Shown piece by piece: positions 29,861 to 42,132 of a DNA stretch of 64,000 bases. Numbering within the stretch: the stretch's first letter is position 1; each line of letters begins with the position of its first letter. The position numbers were made by a program, and so were the translations under genes. Source of the DNA: Tetramitus jugosus (lineage: Eukaryota > Protista > Heterolobosea); the NCBI GenBank assembly GCA_937625935.1, contig OW569372.1:186001-250000 (forward strand), in the 5' to 3' direction. The notes beneath the pieces were generated by a model that worked only from the letters and a program-made list of their open reading frames with translations, did not search any database and had not been told where the DNA came from.

Positions 29861-32209
29861 ATGAGCGCTTTTGATCCACAACAACCACAACTTCGTGGTA
29901 GAAACACTGTTGGAGGTCAACAACAACACCCACAACAACAAAACTATGGCTACAGTACAGCATCTTCTGTTCCTCAAATGCAGCCTTCACCACCAAGACA
30001 ACAACCCTATGTTCCATCATCATCATCAGTCCCACAACATCAACAACAAATGAGCAGTGGTAGTGGTTCTTCATTTTTCAGTGAAAATTTTGGTGGATTG
30101 TACGGTAGTGGCTCAACACCTTCATCAGGCACACCACCTACATCATCATCATCATCAGGCATGTACAATCCATCACAGCAACAACATCAGCAACATCAGC
30201 AACAACAGCAACCACAATCATCATCATACACATATGAGGCACCAAAAGGTAATTTTTCCACGAGTGGTATCGGTAGTGGAAACATGAACCAACGAAGAAA
30301 TGTGAATGCAAAGTCCTTCTCTGCCAATTCGAATGGAGCAGGATTTTCATTTGCTTGTAAAGTATTCTCTGGTGTGATTGCTCTCGTTTTGCTGTTTATT
30401 ATCGTGATTACTGTGTATCATAGGAACAAGAGTCCTTCTTTCTATGATCCAATGAAGGATCAATTGGACACTCACAATGACAAGGTGAAGCAATTGAGGA
30501 ACAACATGATCAAACATGAGCAGCCAACTCCACCATTGGCACAACAACAAAAGGAACCATTAGCTCCAGCATCCCAGGGCGGAAAGAAGAGAGATCATAC
30601 ATCAGATGTGCGTGAACCTGTTCACGATCCTGCATATAACAGAGATTACACAAGAGAAGAGTTTGAGAAGGAGTACCAAGAAAAGTTGAGAGTTGAAATG
30701 GAGCAGAATGCTGCCAGAGAACGTGAGAGAGCTGAACAGGAGAAACAGGGTCAACACATGAGGGAACGAGAGAAGAAGTTGGCAGCTGAACGAGAGAAGA
30801 TGGAAAAAATGTACAAGACTCAACAGGAAGAGATTGAAAGAATTCAAGCAGAAGAAGTCGCACAACTTCAAAAGCAAAGGGAGGACGAAGAGAAACTCTT
30901 GAAAGAGCATCAAAAGTGGTTGGATGAGCAAAGAAAGTTGCAAGAGGAGGAGTTGAAGACTCAGCAAGAACTCTTGGAAGTTTCAAAGAAGAGAAAGGAA
31001 GAAGAAGATCACATTGAAAAGATCAAGAAGCAAAGAGATGAAATTCTAGAGCATGACAAGAAGAGAAAGAAGGAACTCGAGGAGCAAAAGAAGTTGAAGG
31101 AGGCAGAAGAAATGCAAAAGAAGTATGAAGACGATATGAGACGATATGAGGATGAAGTCAGAAGATATGAGCAAGAGTTGATGAAGGAGCGCCAAGAACA
31201 ATTGAGACTCGAAAGACTTCATCTGGACGAACTCGACCAACTGGAGAGAGGTAGAAGAGACGAGGACAGAAGAGAACAAGGACGAAGAAGAGAGTTGGAT
31301 GAACGTAAGAGAGAAAGAGAAAACTTAATCAGAGAGCGTCAAGCAAAGGAAGCTATTCTCCAAGAGCTGAGAATGAGAGAAGAGGAGTACGATAGCACTT
31401 ATGGACAAAGCAGCGGTCAGAGAAAGAGAAGAGCCGCACAGATCAGAAAAATGGAGGAGCAACAAATGAGAGAGTATGAGTCCATGATGAGACAGAGAGA
31501 AGCTATGCTTGCCCATCAAGAAGCTCAGGGACGTTATAGAGTACATGACGACTTGTATGACGAAGCCCATGGACAAGTTCAAGAGGAAGATGACATTCTT
31601 GGCGAGTTTGCTCACAAGTACGTTAATCCATCAAACAAGTATCAGAAGAAAAATATTTTGAAGAGAAGAAGAACAGGTAAGGGACAAGGATACAATCCAT
31701 ACGCATTCGATCTCAATGAGGACGACATGGACTCTCTCCAGCAATTCTATGAAGACTTGGAGGAGCAAGAGAAGAACGTCAAGAAACGAAGGAAGGACAA
31801 GAAGGGCAAGCAAGACGAAAAGGAAGAAAAAGCAAATCAAGAGAATGCTGATGCCGTAGCTGAAGAGAATGCTGAAGGCAAGGACGAAACTAACGTCCAA
31901 GGTGACACTGCTTCTGAGAATGCCTCCGAAAACAAGGACACTCCAGCCGCAGAACCAAACACTGTAGAAGAGAAGAAGGTTGATACTGTTCCTGTCACTC
32001 AACAACCAAACTCAGAACCATTCGTACCAAAGAAGAGAAGAACCAAGAAGGGCGGCAAGGCCGAAACAAGAGAAGAGTACCTCCAGAGACAACATATTGA
32101 AGCTCTAGATGCCATCCAAAAAGCAAACGAACAAGACGTATTCGGCTTCACCGAACACGGCGTAAAACACGGCGACGCTTTCGGCGAATGGGAAGAAGAG
32201 GCCGACTAA
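29861..32209 (+). CDS. Single-pass membrane protein with long E/K/R/Q coiled coil
   Basis: One hydrophobic helix VFSGVIALVLLFIIVITVY followed by several hundred highly charged residues. Confidence 0.65.
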   Translation: MSAFDPQQPQLRGRNTVGGQQQHPQQQNYGYSTASSVPQMQPSPPRQQPYVPSSSSVPQHQQQMSSGSGSSFFSENFGGLYGSGSTPSSGTPPTSSSSSGMYNPSQQQHQQHQQQQQPQSSSYTYEAPKGNFSTSGIGSGNMNQRRNVNAKSFSANSNGAGFSFACKVFSGVIALVLLFIIVITVYHRNKSPSFYDPMKDQLDTHNDKVKQLRNNMIKHEQPTPPLAQQQKEPLAPASQGGKKRDHTSDVREPVHDPAYNRDYTREEFEKEYQEKLRVEMEQNAARERERAEQEKQGQHMREREKKLAAEREKMEKMYKTQQEEIERIQAEEVAQLQKQREDEEKLLKEHQKWLDEQRKLQEEELKTQQELLEVSKKRKEEEDHIEKIKKQRDEILEHDKKRKKELEEQKKLKEAEEMQKKYEDDMRRYEDEVRRYEQELMKERQEQLRLERLHLDELDQLERGRRDEDRREQGRRRELDERKRERENLIRERQAKEAILQELRMREEEYDSTYGQSSGQRKRRAAQIRKMEEQQMREYESMMRQREAMLAHQEAQGRYRVHDDLYDEAHGQVQEEDDILGEFAHKYVNPSNKYQKKNILKRRRTGKGQGYNPYAFDLNEDDMDSLQQFYEDLEEQEKNVKKRRKDKKGKQDEKEEKANQENADAVAEENAEGKDETNVQGDTASENASENKDTPAAEPNTVEEKKVDTVPVTQQPNSEPFVPKKRRTKKGGKAETREEYLQRQHIEALDAIQKANEQDVFGFTEHGVKHGDAFGEWEEEAD

Positions 32210-32343
32210 AAGGGAGTTCCTCCTTCATAATCCCGAGTTGGCACGTGCGAATTCACAAACAAATAAAAAACCCGACCCCTGGCACAAAAAGATATTCACA
32301 AACAACAGCACAAAAAATCTACCTTTCCACACAAAAGCAGTCA

Positions 32344-35300
32344 ATGTCAAGCTCTACCACCATATTCACCAATGATCTCATTGGCAGACATTTGGTGATC
32401 CAAAAAGCAAAAATTCTCAAGGGAAAGAGCAGAATCATTGAAATTAGAGCCAAATCTGGGTATGTCACAACATCATCAATGTCTCTATTTCTAAGAAGTG
32501 TTTTTCTCTAATGTCTGTCTCTCTGTCTCATGTTTTTAATGTGTACACAGTGTTCAATTGGTCAATCCAAATCCCTATGAAGTACAAAAGCTTATTCCTT
32601 GGGGTGAAATTTCAGAGATTGTCGCTTCTCAAAAGAGTGAAAATGAGTTTACGATTATTCATGGCAAGAAGAACACAAAAAATTTTTCAATGGAGGGTGG
32701 AGTGAGTCGAGTGACCGTTTTGTCTGATTTGTATTGTGGATGGAAGAGCAATCAAGTCAAAGTATTTTCATGTGAAAAAGTGGATCGATTGTCAGAGGTA
32801 TGTGTGTTTCATTATGTGATTCTGATGTTGTTGTTTTTATGAAAATTAACACGTAACGAACAATGTAAAATAGAGAGTGCCTGTAGATCTGCATGTCAAT
32901 GTTTGGAGCTATGAAACATCAAAGAATAATGTTCGATCGAAACCAACCAAGTTTGAAAACATTAAAAAGATTTCAAAGGTCACATCAGAGGAATCGGCAT
33001 TTGTTATTCATTCGAAACAGTTCCGAAAGCAATTGTTCTTTGCTTCGAACAGGGATGAGATTATTCAGAGCATAGTATCGAACGCGAGTACTTTTTTGGG
33101 AAAAGCAATTAGTGTAGATGTGTTGAATAATTGTGATGATTTGTTTACGTTGACAGAAGACAATTTGTCTCAAATTATGTACAGTGTAACAGTGAAGAAG
33201 AACAAGGGAAGTGAGGAGAAGAATGATGAACGAAAAATAGCGATTGACAAACGGACAATTTACGAGATTGATACGAGCACGAAACGAGTGATTTCCACTC
33301 ATCGATTCCGTCAAATAGGATCCATTGTGCGTTGTGCTTCGAGTGACACAAGATTTGTGATACAGTATCACACGCACAGTTTTGAATATGAATCTGCAGA
33401 GAGAGATGACCTCATTTCATCCATTTTAGAATTGTCAGAGAGGGACAAGGTAGTAATTCCAGTCAGGTCGAGGGTGTCTCCGCCAGGATGTAGAGTAGGT
33501 GATCCTGAAATTTACTCAAAGGAACTCTATGAATATATTCTAAAGCGAATAGCGACGATGAAAAAAGTGACTGACAAGAATGCAGCCGCGGATATTATGG
33601 AAGAATTCATTGATAATTATTCAATAAGCAACCATATAGCGCAAATATCAGACAAGAAAGCTACTCAATACATTTCTGATATGATGACCAAGTACACCAG
33701 CATACAGTCGCTATCAGAACATGAGCTTACACTGTTACTGGAGTCATTTATTCCAGTGATGACTCTGACTGATCCTTTCAATAATTTTAGTACTCTCTCT
33801 AAGACGTTGTTGAAATTTCTCTACCAATGTGTAAGTTCCCACAAGGCGCACATATCTTATCTAGCTTGCACCGTCCTTAAAGCTTGCGTAGATGAGATGC
33901 ATCCTCATAAAACTGACAAAAAAGAGATATCGAACAAACTTCTCGTGTTACAGCCAGATGGTTTGAATGTATTGTTTGGTGCACTAAAATATGGACTGGA
34001 AAACCCGAGTACACACACTCTGCTCGTATCAAGTGTTTTATCCTTGATGGAGAGCTGCTGCATATCTGCCAAGAGTACTACAGATAGAAATATGTTGAGA
34101 ACCATTGCTTTGAGCTTTTCTGATCATCTAGATCATTTGTTCGACTTGGCATACTCTTCCAGATCAGTACCCATAGTGTATAATAGCTTAATTTTGGCTC
34201 GAATTGCTCTGCAATTTAAAGCATGCGAAAAGGCACTGACTTCTATTCAAACGAAGGCCTTGAAATCAGGGCACTTGTTGCAGCAAGTCCACATTTGTAT
34301 TTCTACGAAAGACTCTGACGTTTGTACTATTGCAAGCGATATTGTAGCCTTTTTAGTTGACGGTTGTGCTGAGGCTGCTGCCCTACTTACACGAATAGTC
34401 CCACCGATTCTACTGAAACAACTCGGAACCCACAAAGGCACAGTATATCCGCTGCAAAAGAAGATGTTTGTTAGTGATAAGCCAACCCCATCATCACAAT
34501 CTCCCTTGGGAGTTCCTCCCATCAACGATTGGCATCCATTGTTTGAAGGATTGGCAAGTGATGTGTCCTCCTTCAGGATTATTTGGAATGAGAGTATGCG
34601 AAATGAGCTGCTCGAAAGTGTTTCGAAAGAATTGAATGAGTTTGTACAATATAAGAGGGAGTACAAAGGCTTTGATGTTTTATGGAACTATGAAGAATTC
34701 GAGATAACATACGGAGCAGTCACCAGCGAACCAAGTGTTGCTGGATATTTTATTCGTCCGTTTGTGGCCACCATATCAGAACAAGGTTGGACAAATGAGC
34801 ACCTTCTTGTACCTAATCCTCAGCAGTTCATTGATGAGCTTCACCACACGATTATGTTCAATGATTCTGTTGATATTAAGAAGCTATGTCTCCAAGCGAG
34901 CGCATTGCTGTACTTACGTTTCATTGGTAGTGTGTCATACTATGGGTTGGAACATATTTGTCTGCTCCTTCGAAGAAATATCAAAAACTTGTCTCTCGTG
35001 AGCGAAATTCTGAATTTCTTTTTGGCAGTCTTGGCGACAGATACGAATGCTGAGAAATTTATCGATGCTGGAGGTATTGATTTTATCACAGAGTTGGTCA
35101 CTCTTGTTCACCAAGTTGACAGCACAAATGAGGATACATTAATTTATATTCAAGTTGCTGATCGTTGCCTGAAAATATTTATTAGACTTATCACCTTGCA
35201 TTCTCCAGTCAATTCTGCAGGCTCTCTCTATGTGCCACAACCAAACGCGCAGTATATCATGTGTCGTAAGAACATTCTCCAATGTATTGTGCAACTTCTA

Positions 35301-38300
35301 TTAGCATATGAACAGAGCGATGACATTTTCCAACAAACTGTTCAATTGCTCAATCATCTTGTGGATAATAACGAGGAATTGATTAGTAATCTCTACTCTA
35401 CAGGAGTATTCTATTTCCTTCTTTTGTACAGTGGATCAAACGTCGAGGGAGCTATTACACTGTTAAAAAGAACTCACTTACTGCAGTCTCTTCATTGTGA
35501 AGAAAGGAGAACTGGCATATCCACGCCTGACGCATCTCCAATCATCCAAAGTATACTCAATGAGTTGCTACCAAAAGAATTAATCTGCCGACTAAATAAG
35601 CTCAGCATCGAAGAATTTAGCGCATTATTTATAGCTGATTATGTGGCTACTCCTGATGTCATATGGTCCTCTGATATGAGAGAGCATTTGCGTAGTTGTC
35701 TCTCTAAACATTTAGACTCATTTAGAACTGCATTGAAATCTGATAGATTTGCGGAATATCAGTTTTCTAATGTTTCACCAGTGGAGTACGATGTTCTCAA
35801 AATGGAACTTGTATGTTCAAACTATTATATTTCCAATTTCGTTCGAACTGAGTCATGGCCTGCAAACTTCTCGTTGGAAAATGTAGAAGAATTCGCTTCA
35901 GGTGTAACTTCATGCTTGGATTATTTGCTAGCCATGAATCCAAAGTTGTCAGACCAAACTGTGGGTTATTTGTCAATGTGTATTCGCGCTCAATTGATCC
36001 TGTTAAAGAGACAGTCAATTGCCACCTATCAAAACTACTCTATCCCGAAGCCATTATTGGAGATTTTACGTCGAAGCCGAGAGGAACAAGATTGTACTCG
36101 AGCACTATATTGCTTGCAGTATCAATGCTCTATTTTGCTTTTGGAGCTCGTCAGATGTTCGCCAAACAATATTTATTCGTTTATGCAACATTCTATCTGT
36201 AGCGATATTTGCCTTCTTGTGAATCATTGTACTTCACATTGCAACTCTAGTCAATTGAGATCATCAGAAGATCGATCAACTTCTCTGAATGAGTATTTCT
36301 CTCGAAGAACAGAATCAGTACAGTCCCAATGGATTCAACCTGGTGATGATTACTTACTGATTCCTTACAACGAACATGAGATCATGGCTGAGATTATTGA
36401 TTTTAGTCTCAATGTTCTCTTCTTCCTGCTTGCATCCTTTGAGGATACCTGTTCACAGATAGCAGAGAGCATTACGATTGTTGATGACTTAATTCGATGT
36501 CTATTGATACCAGAGCGCAAAACACCTAGCGTATTCCATAACACTCTGAAGATTTTATCGATATTGTCTTCGTCAGTGTTAGTCCAAGATCGAGCATTCA
36601 AGTCTGGACTTCACATTCATCTCCTTTCAATCATTATGGATTGTGCCTTGGAGCGAATAGAGTTCTCCCTTACTGTAGAGCTTGCAGTTCAATGTTTTAG
36701 AAGATTAGCTGGGTGGAGTAGAGATGATAGTCATCCATACGGAGCATGCAAAGAATTTTCCCTCATGCTGAAAGCTCTGAATCAAATTTTCCCAATGCAT
36801 GTGATTCAATCGCTGTGCAGAAAGCCGTCTCCTTCATTCATTGACGATGATCTCAAGTATCCGAAAGAAACTCCTGTTACAATATGGAACAAGCAGACAC
36901 TTCAAGAGTTGGATATGTACATTCAACAGGAGAAAATTGCTTTAGAGGAATCATCCTTTGACTTCTCTTCGATATTCTCATTCACATATCAGACACATGA
37001 GTGTGAATTACGTGCTTCAGGAATATTCGTTCGTCTATACAATAACACTATTGGCAGTTTCGTGGTTGAAACACCTGACAACTTTGTGCAAGAATGCTGC
37101 GTGCTATGGAAAAGTGAATTGGAAAGAATGGACAAATCAAAGAGGTTATGTATTGATTCGAATGAATTCCATCGTATCACCATTCTGCTTGAAGCCATAT
37201 ACATCATATTCAAACAGAATGATTCTCTTCGAAAACTCTCATTCATCTCGACGGACATGGTTCCTTTATTGGTCGAGCTGTTGCGTGTTGAAGTGCAATA
37301 TTCAAGGGCTATCTTTTATGTGCTACATATTATTTATATGATCATTCGTACAGCTGGAGCAGAAATTACCACTGCTCTAGTGAACGCTGGAATGATTGAA
37401 TCTGTTCGAGATATTCTCTACAGCCATACCTTTTCTGATCATCCAGCTGAAGTTGTAGGTGATATCCACGACAACCTATTAACTGTACTCTATTTCATTT
37501 ACTCTTCTGATGTGAACGGAAAAGCCGCAGCAAAGTCCATCAACTGCGGTCTTCTCCTGTACATCCTGGCTCAATTCTGTGATTGCTTCAAAAAGCATGA
37601 ACATGCTCGTGTGAAATCATCCTATCTTTTGTCACGATGCATCATATCACAAGTCCAAGCCAGAGAACTGATGAACCAAGTATTCCCCAAGATACTTGTG
37701 GAGATTATTGAGAAAAATCCAATGGAGGCTGTAAGTTCCTATGAAAAGATGCATGAATATCCAGAATTCATTTGGAATCAACAGATGCGTCAGGTTGCAA
37801 AAGAAACAATTCACAAATGGTTGAATGAACACAATGCTGAAATAACGAGAAATAGTGCTGCCGAATGCACTAAATATGGATCAATAGTTTATGAGTATCC
37901 ACGTCAAGTTGCCGGAATTTATGTTCAGATGTACAATAACCATCCAAACTATCCAATTCCTCACTTCTACGACTACGTGGTAGCACTGGTCAAAGATATT
38001 GATTCAACAGCTGATGATGATCAAAAGAAGCAATCAGCATACGCTTTGCATTTATGCTGTGGAGGAGAATATTACAACAAGAGCACTGTGCCGATTCTAT
38101 GCGACTCTATTCCACGAATTACATTCCACATGCTAAACAGCTCAATTAGCGCCCAAACTCATATGCTTCAAACATTAACGAAAATGTCAATGGATAACAG
38201 TTGCTTGAACAGATTCAATGAACATCCTACATTCATGGATGAAATGTCCGAGTGCATTGTAAAGATACATGATCACCAAGAAGAGTTAATCATGATTGTG

Positions 38301-39365
38301 TTACGAGTAGCAACGAAAAATGCCAAAATTATTGAGCAATGTTCCTCGCATGAATCTTCCATCTGTTCTTTACTGATTAATATTGTCAATGGAAACACTC
38401 ACAGTATCCCAGTCAGAGAACTAGCAGCCAAAACCCTGAAATACTTGGCAACTCGAAGCTCAGGCCTGTTAGACAAACTAAATGAGGATAACATGTACGA
38501 AACAAAGATTGCACTATACACAGCTCTGTGTCAGGATGAATTATTCACTTCTTTAATTGCTCCTCCAATCCATCCAGGAGGAGCCATGGGCTACATGGGC
38601 ATTAATTTAAATAAGAAGGACGAGAATGAACTTGAGAGCAAACGTTTATTCGAGCAAATGTTGAAACAGACGTACTATCTTCAGAAGTTGATCAGCCTCG
38701 AACAAAACAAATTGAATGAACCATCGAGCCGAATCTCCGTGAATATCACCAAAAAGGCAGAGGAACCAGTAGTTGTCTCTCCATCTGAAACTCCGACTCG
38801 TCCAACACCACCAAGCAGTCCTCCGTCCGTTTCGAAGCTTGGTACACCAACGCCCCCTGCAACTCCACCACCATCAACCAAGTTGGAGGCAACCCCATCA
38901 ACACCTCCAACAATTGATACAGAAGAAACAATCGCTCCTATCTCAGCAGATGATGTACCACCTATGGAACAGCTATTGGTTGATCCAGGATTGCAAGAAA
39001 TTCAATTCGAAGACCAAGAAACATTGAGTGAGATCGAAGTGGACGATGAAGAGTCAAACATATCCCATGATAGCATGCCATCTTCCACTAATATTGCCTC
39101 TTCACCTCCACCTCCTCCCCCAATGATTCCTCGTTCCCTGAATTTGGATGTCCCAACCAAACGATTCTCCATGAATTCAAGTTTAATGAGTGATATTCAA
39201 AGAGGAATAGCACTCAAATCTCCTACGGCCAGTCCGCGTAGTACACCATCCCCTATTTCCAGTCCCACCTCCCTTGGTGCTGATTTTTTGTCCAAGATGA
39301 ATAACAGAAGAAGCCACATTCGGGATGACGAGTCCGGGAGTGGTTCCGATTACGATTCAGAGTAA
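32344..39365 (+). CDS. RME-8/DNAJC13-like protein with no visible J domain and a C-terminal polyPro-WH2-C-A-like tail; 3 exons
   Basis: RME-8-like N-terminus (HLVIQK..KGKSRII..VNPNPYEV..W..SENEFTI); four IWN-type repeats (IIWN, VIWS, TIWN, FIWN); LYSTGVFYFLLLYSGSN; no HPD; introns near 32460-32550 and 32798-32873. Confidence 0.75.
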
Positions 39366-39400
39366 AACATAAGTTTCAAAAATATAAGTTTCTAAGACAT

Positions 39401-41980
39401 TCAAGTCTCTTCTTTACTGGCAGCAAAGGTTTCATGATTCTTTCCGGAGAACATTTGGGAAATGTCTTCAGCCGTGTTTGCCTGCGAGAGTGGCTTGTCC
39501 TTTCTCACCTTCACAAACACTGGGAAACGCAAGCTGATACCTCTTTGGATGGGATCAAAAGCACGACCACATGTGTGAGTAGACGACTTGGACAACTCCA
39601 TAAACGACACTTCGATGAGTACGGATGGTTTGAACCAATGCTTGGTTGACTTGATCACGGGAGCACGAACATCATAATTATCCTGAGGTCCGTCGATACG
39701 ATAATTCTGTACCAGGTCATCCATCAGCTCGTTTGATATGCTCACACCAGATACACGCGTCACAGTTTCATATTTTCTAGTGACAGTATTGTATGCTGCC
39801 AAAATGAGTGATCGCCACTTTGATGAATTTTCTCGTTGTGTCGCTCCAATGCACACCAAGTCCAAAGTGTCACAGGCACTCTTTGCATAATCCTTCTTGT
39901 ACTTGTACCAACCTCTATATGATGGAGTATAGGATTGATCCATGTATTTAATAATCAGTCCTTCATACTTTTTCCCAACACAGTTTGCTAATTCATCCTG
40001 GAAGATTTCGAGTTTGTCGTCTAGAGGCAAATCTCCTTTCACCATACGATGGTATGCTCTATGAACAAGCTTGTCAGAGTCATCACCAGTATCTGGCACT
40101 TTGAAGACTGAATCCAATCGTTCTAATCGCTCTTTCAATGGCAATGACATAAATAGGTCTTCGGGTCTCAGTATATCAAACACGGCTATTCTAACTGGCA
40201 TCTTGGCTTCAGGATCCTCATGCAATCTACTGATTTGTGGTTGCAAACGTTGGAAGGGCAACGGTGACTTGGTTTCTTCATCAAAAGGATAGATTTCAGC
40301 ATCGAGAGTAAATGATTTCAGTGCACCATCAGGATTCACAGCCTCTATTATATACTTGTCCAGTGGACGCAAAGTGTCTGAGATGTTATTATGCAAGCGA
40401 CTAAAGTACTCTATTGACACACGAGACCTCAGACACTTGTAATGAATGTGTACTCTGTTGCCATCGTACTTGCACTCGAGTCGAATATCTGATGGCACAT
40501 TGAGCACCTTTTCAATGTTCTGACCAGATTTGGCCAACATGGGCAAAACCTTGTTTGTTTTTGCATTTTTGTTGACCAGAATCTCCACTGTACCACAGTC
40601 CAACACTTCCTCCAAGATCTTTGCCAATGATTTTCCCTCTTCAATCTTGGCAGCGATACCACTCGATACGTTGACGTACGGAACATGATTTGCATTGAGC
40701 TTTGCATTGTTTGACAGTGCAATTGCAAGTGCTTGCTCCAACATGGACTGCGTAATCACAACACCGAGATCAGAGTTGTTTAAAATACAATCGAACACGG
40801 ATTCAATCTCCTTGTTCGACACGGTCTCTCTCAACAAATCAGAAATGATAACCATTCGATCACCAATCAAAATATCTCCCATGACATTCACCATACCACT
40901 GTGCACTTGCTTAATCGTCAATGTTGGCTTCTTTGCCATCCAACATCCTTCATCCTTGTTGTAGGACCTCTGATTCAACGTGTGCATGTTCAGGTACTGT
41001 GACAAGATTTTTGCTTCGGGCCACATGTCCATCTTTGCCTTCCTATACTTTTCATACTTTGACAGATCATTAATGTTATCAGAGGGACCACAACGCAGTG
41101 CATGAGCAGCGACTCTTGCTGTTTTCAGTGTGACTCTGAACCGAGAACTCAACAAATCGAGCACCTGGATCACATGCTTGGGAGATTTTGATCTCAACAA
41201 TCGATCAAAATAAAAGGACAATCGTTCCATGTTCTCTCTAGAGGATACACCTCTGCATCGACTCAACACAAAATCAGCCAACGTCTTGAACAGGAACAAT
41301 GGATTGGAATTGACTCTTTTCACACTTGCTCCTTTTTGTGCCGTCACAATCGTAGCAGTTGTAGCAGAAGGAGTAGTCATTGAGCTTCTTGTTGTTGTTG
41401 GTGTTGCACTTGTGGATGAGGGAATAGTGGCAATTGTGTGTCGAGTGATTGGATGACTGTATTCTTCTTCGTCTTCTTCTTCTTCCTCCATTTCTTCATC
41501 ATTGATTTCATTCTTTTGTTGTTGTTGTTGTTGTTGAAGAGATGATGATGACTGCTTATCGAGATGAGAATCAAACTCTGTGGAAAACATGCGTTGTCTC
41601 TCTGCTGGGTCAATCATGTTATAGAGATCTTCAGCCTCCTTGTCACTCATGAGTTTGTTGTTGTTGACATTGTCTTCTGTAGAAGCTTCTTCAGCAGACA
41701 ACATGTTGTTGTCTTCATCACTATTGTTATTATTTTTTTTGCTACTTTGTCTTGTTTTCTTGGTGGTATTATTGTTGTTATTGTCATTGCTAGATTGTTG
41801 AAAAGGAGTGCTTGTTGTATGAAACGGTGAGGATTGTTGTTGTTGCAGTAGGAGAATTTGTTGTGGTTGAATGTGTGGTGATAGGATGAGATGTGGTTGA
41901 GATCGTCCATTGTGGATCAGTAGATGGGAAGAAGCTCGTTTGTGAGCACTTCTCAAGGCATATTGACGCAACTGAAACAT
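39401..41980 (-). CDS. ATP-dependent DNA ligase with probable mitochondrial presequence
   Basis: Motifs ECKYDGNR, LDAEIY, VFDIL, EGLIIK, WYKYKKDY, TLDLVCIGA, SLRFPVFVKVRKDK; N-terminus MFQLRQYALRSAHKRASS. Confidence 0.85.
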   Translation of the reverse strand: MFQLRQYALRSAHKRASSHLLIHNGRSQPHLILSPHIQPQQILLLQQQQSSPFHTTSTPFQQSSNDNNNNNTTKKTRQSSKKNNNNSDEDNNMLSAEEASTEDNVNNNKLMSDKEAEDLYNMIDPAERQRMFSTEFDSHLDKQSSSSLQQQQQQQKNEINDEEMEEEEEDEEEYSHPITRHTIATIPSSTSATPTTTRSSMTTPSATTATIVTAQKGASVKRVNSNPLFLFKTLADFVLSRCRGVSSRENMERLSFYFDRLLRSKSPKHVIQVLDLLSSRFRVTLKTARVAAHALRCGPSDNINDLSKYEKYRKAKMDMWPEAKILSQYLNMHTLNQRSYNKDEGCWMAKKPTLTIKQVHSGMVNVMGDILIGDRMVIISDLLRETVSNKEIESVFDCILNNSDLGVVITQSMLEQALAIALSNNAKLNANHVPYVNVSSGIAAKIEEGKSLAKILEEVLDCGTVEILVNKNAKTNKVLPMLAKSGQNIEKVLNVPSDIRLECKYDGNRVHIHYKCLRSRVSIEYFSRLHNNISDTLRPLDKYIIEAVNPDGALKSFTLDAEIYPFDEETKSPLPFQRLQPQISRLHEDPEAKMPVRIAVFDILRPEDLFMSLPLKERLERLDSVFKVPDTGDDSDKLVHRAYHRMVKGDLPLDDKLEIFQDELANCVGKKYEGLIIKYMDQSYTPSYRGWYKYKKDYAKSACDTLDLVCIGATQRENSSKWRSLILAAYNTVTRKYETVTRVSGVSISNELMDDLVQNYRIDGPQDNYDVRAPVIKSTKHWFKPSVLIEVSFMELSKSSTHTCGRAFDPIQRGISLRFPVFVKVRKDKPLSQANTAEDISQMFSGKNHETFAASKEET

Positions 41981-42132
41981 GTTTAGTGAATTGTGGAAAT
42001 CAAATTTGTTGTTTTCTTTTTTTTTCAAGTTTTTCCGGCGAGCATTTGGGCGGGAAATCAAGCAATACAACCAAGCAGAAAGAAGGTATCATGTTCAAAG
42101 TAGCAATCAAATACAGTTGCAGATTATATATA

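Noticed and set aside
30600-31620. Long antisense ORFs opposite the coiled-coil gene (and similar shadow ORFs elsewhere)
   Set aside because: By-products of biased codon usage on the coding strand
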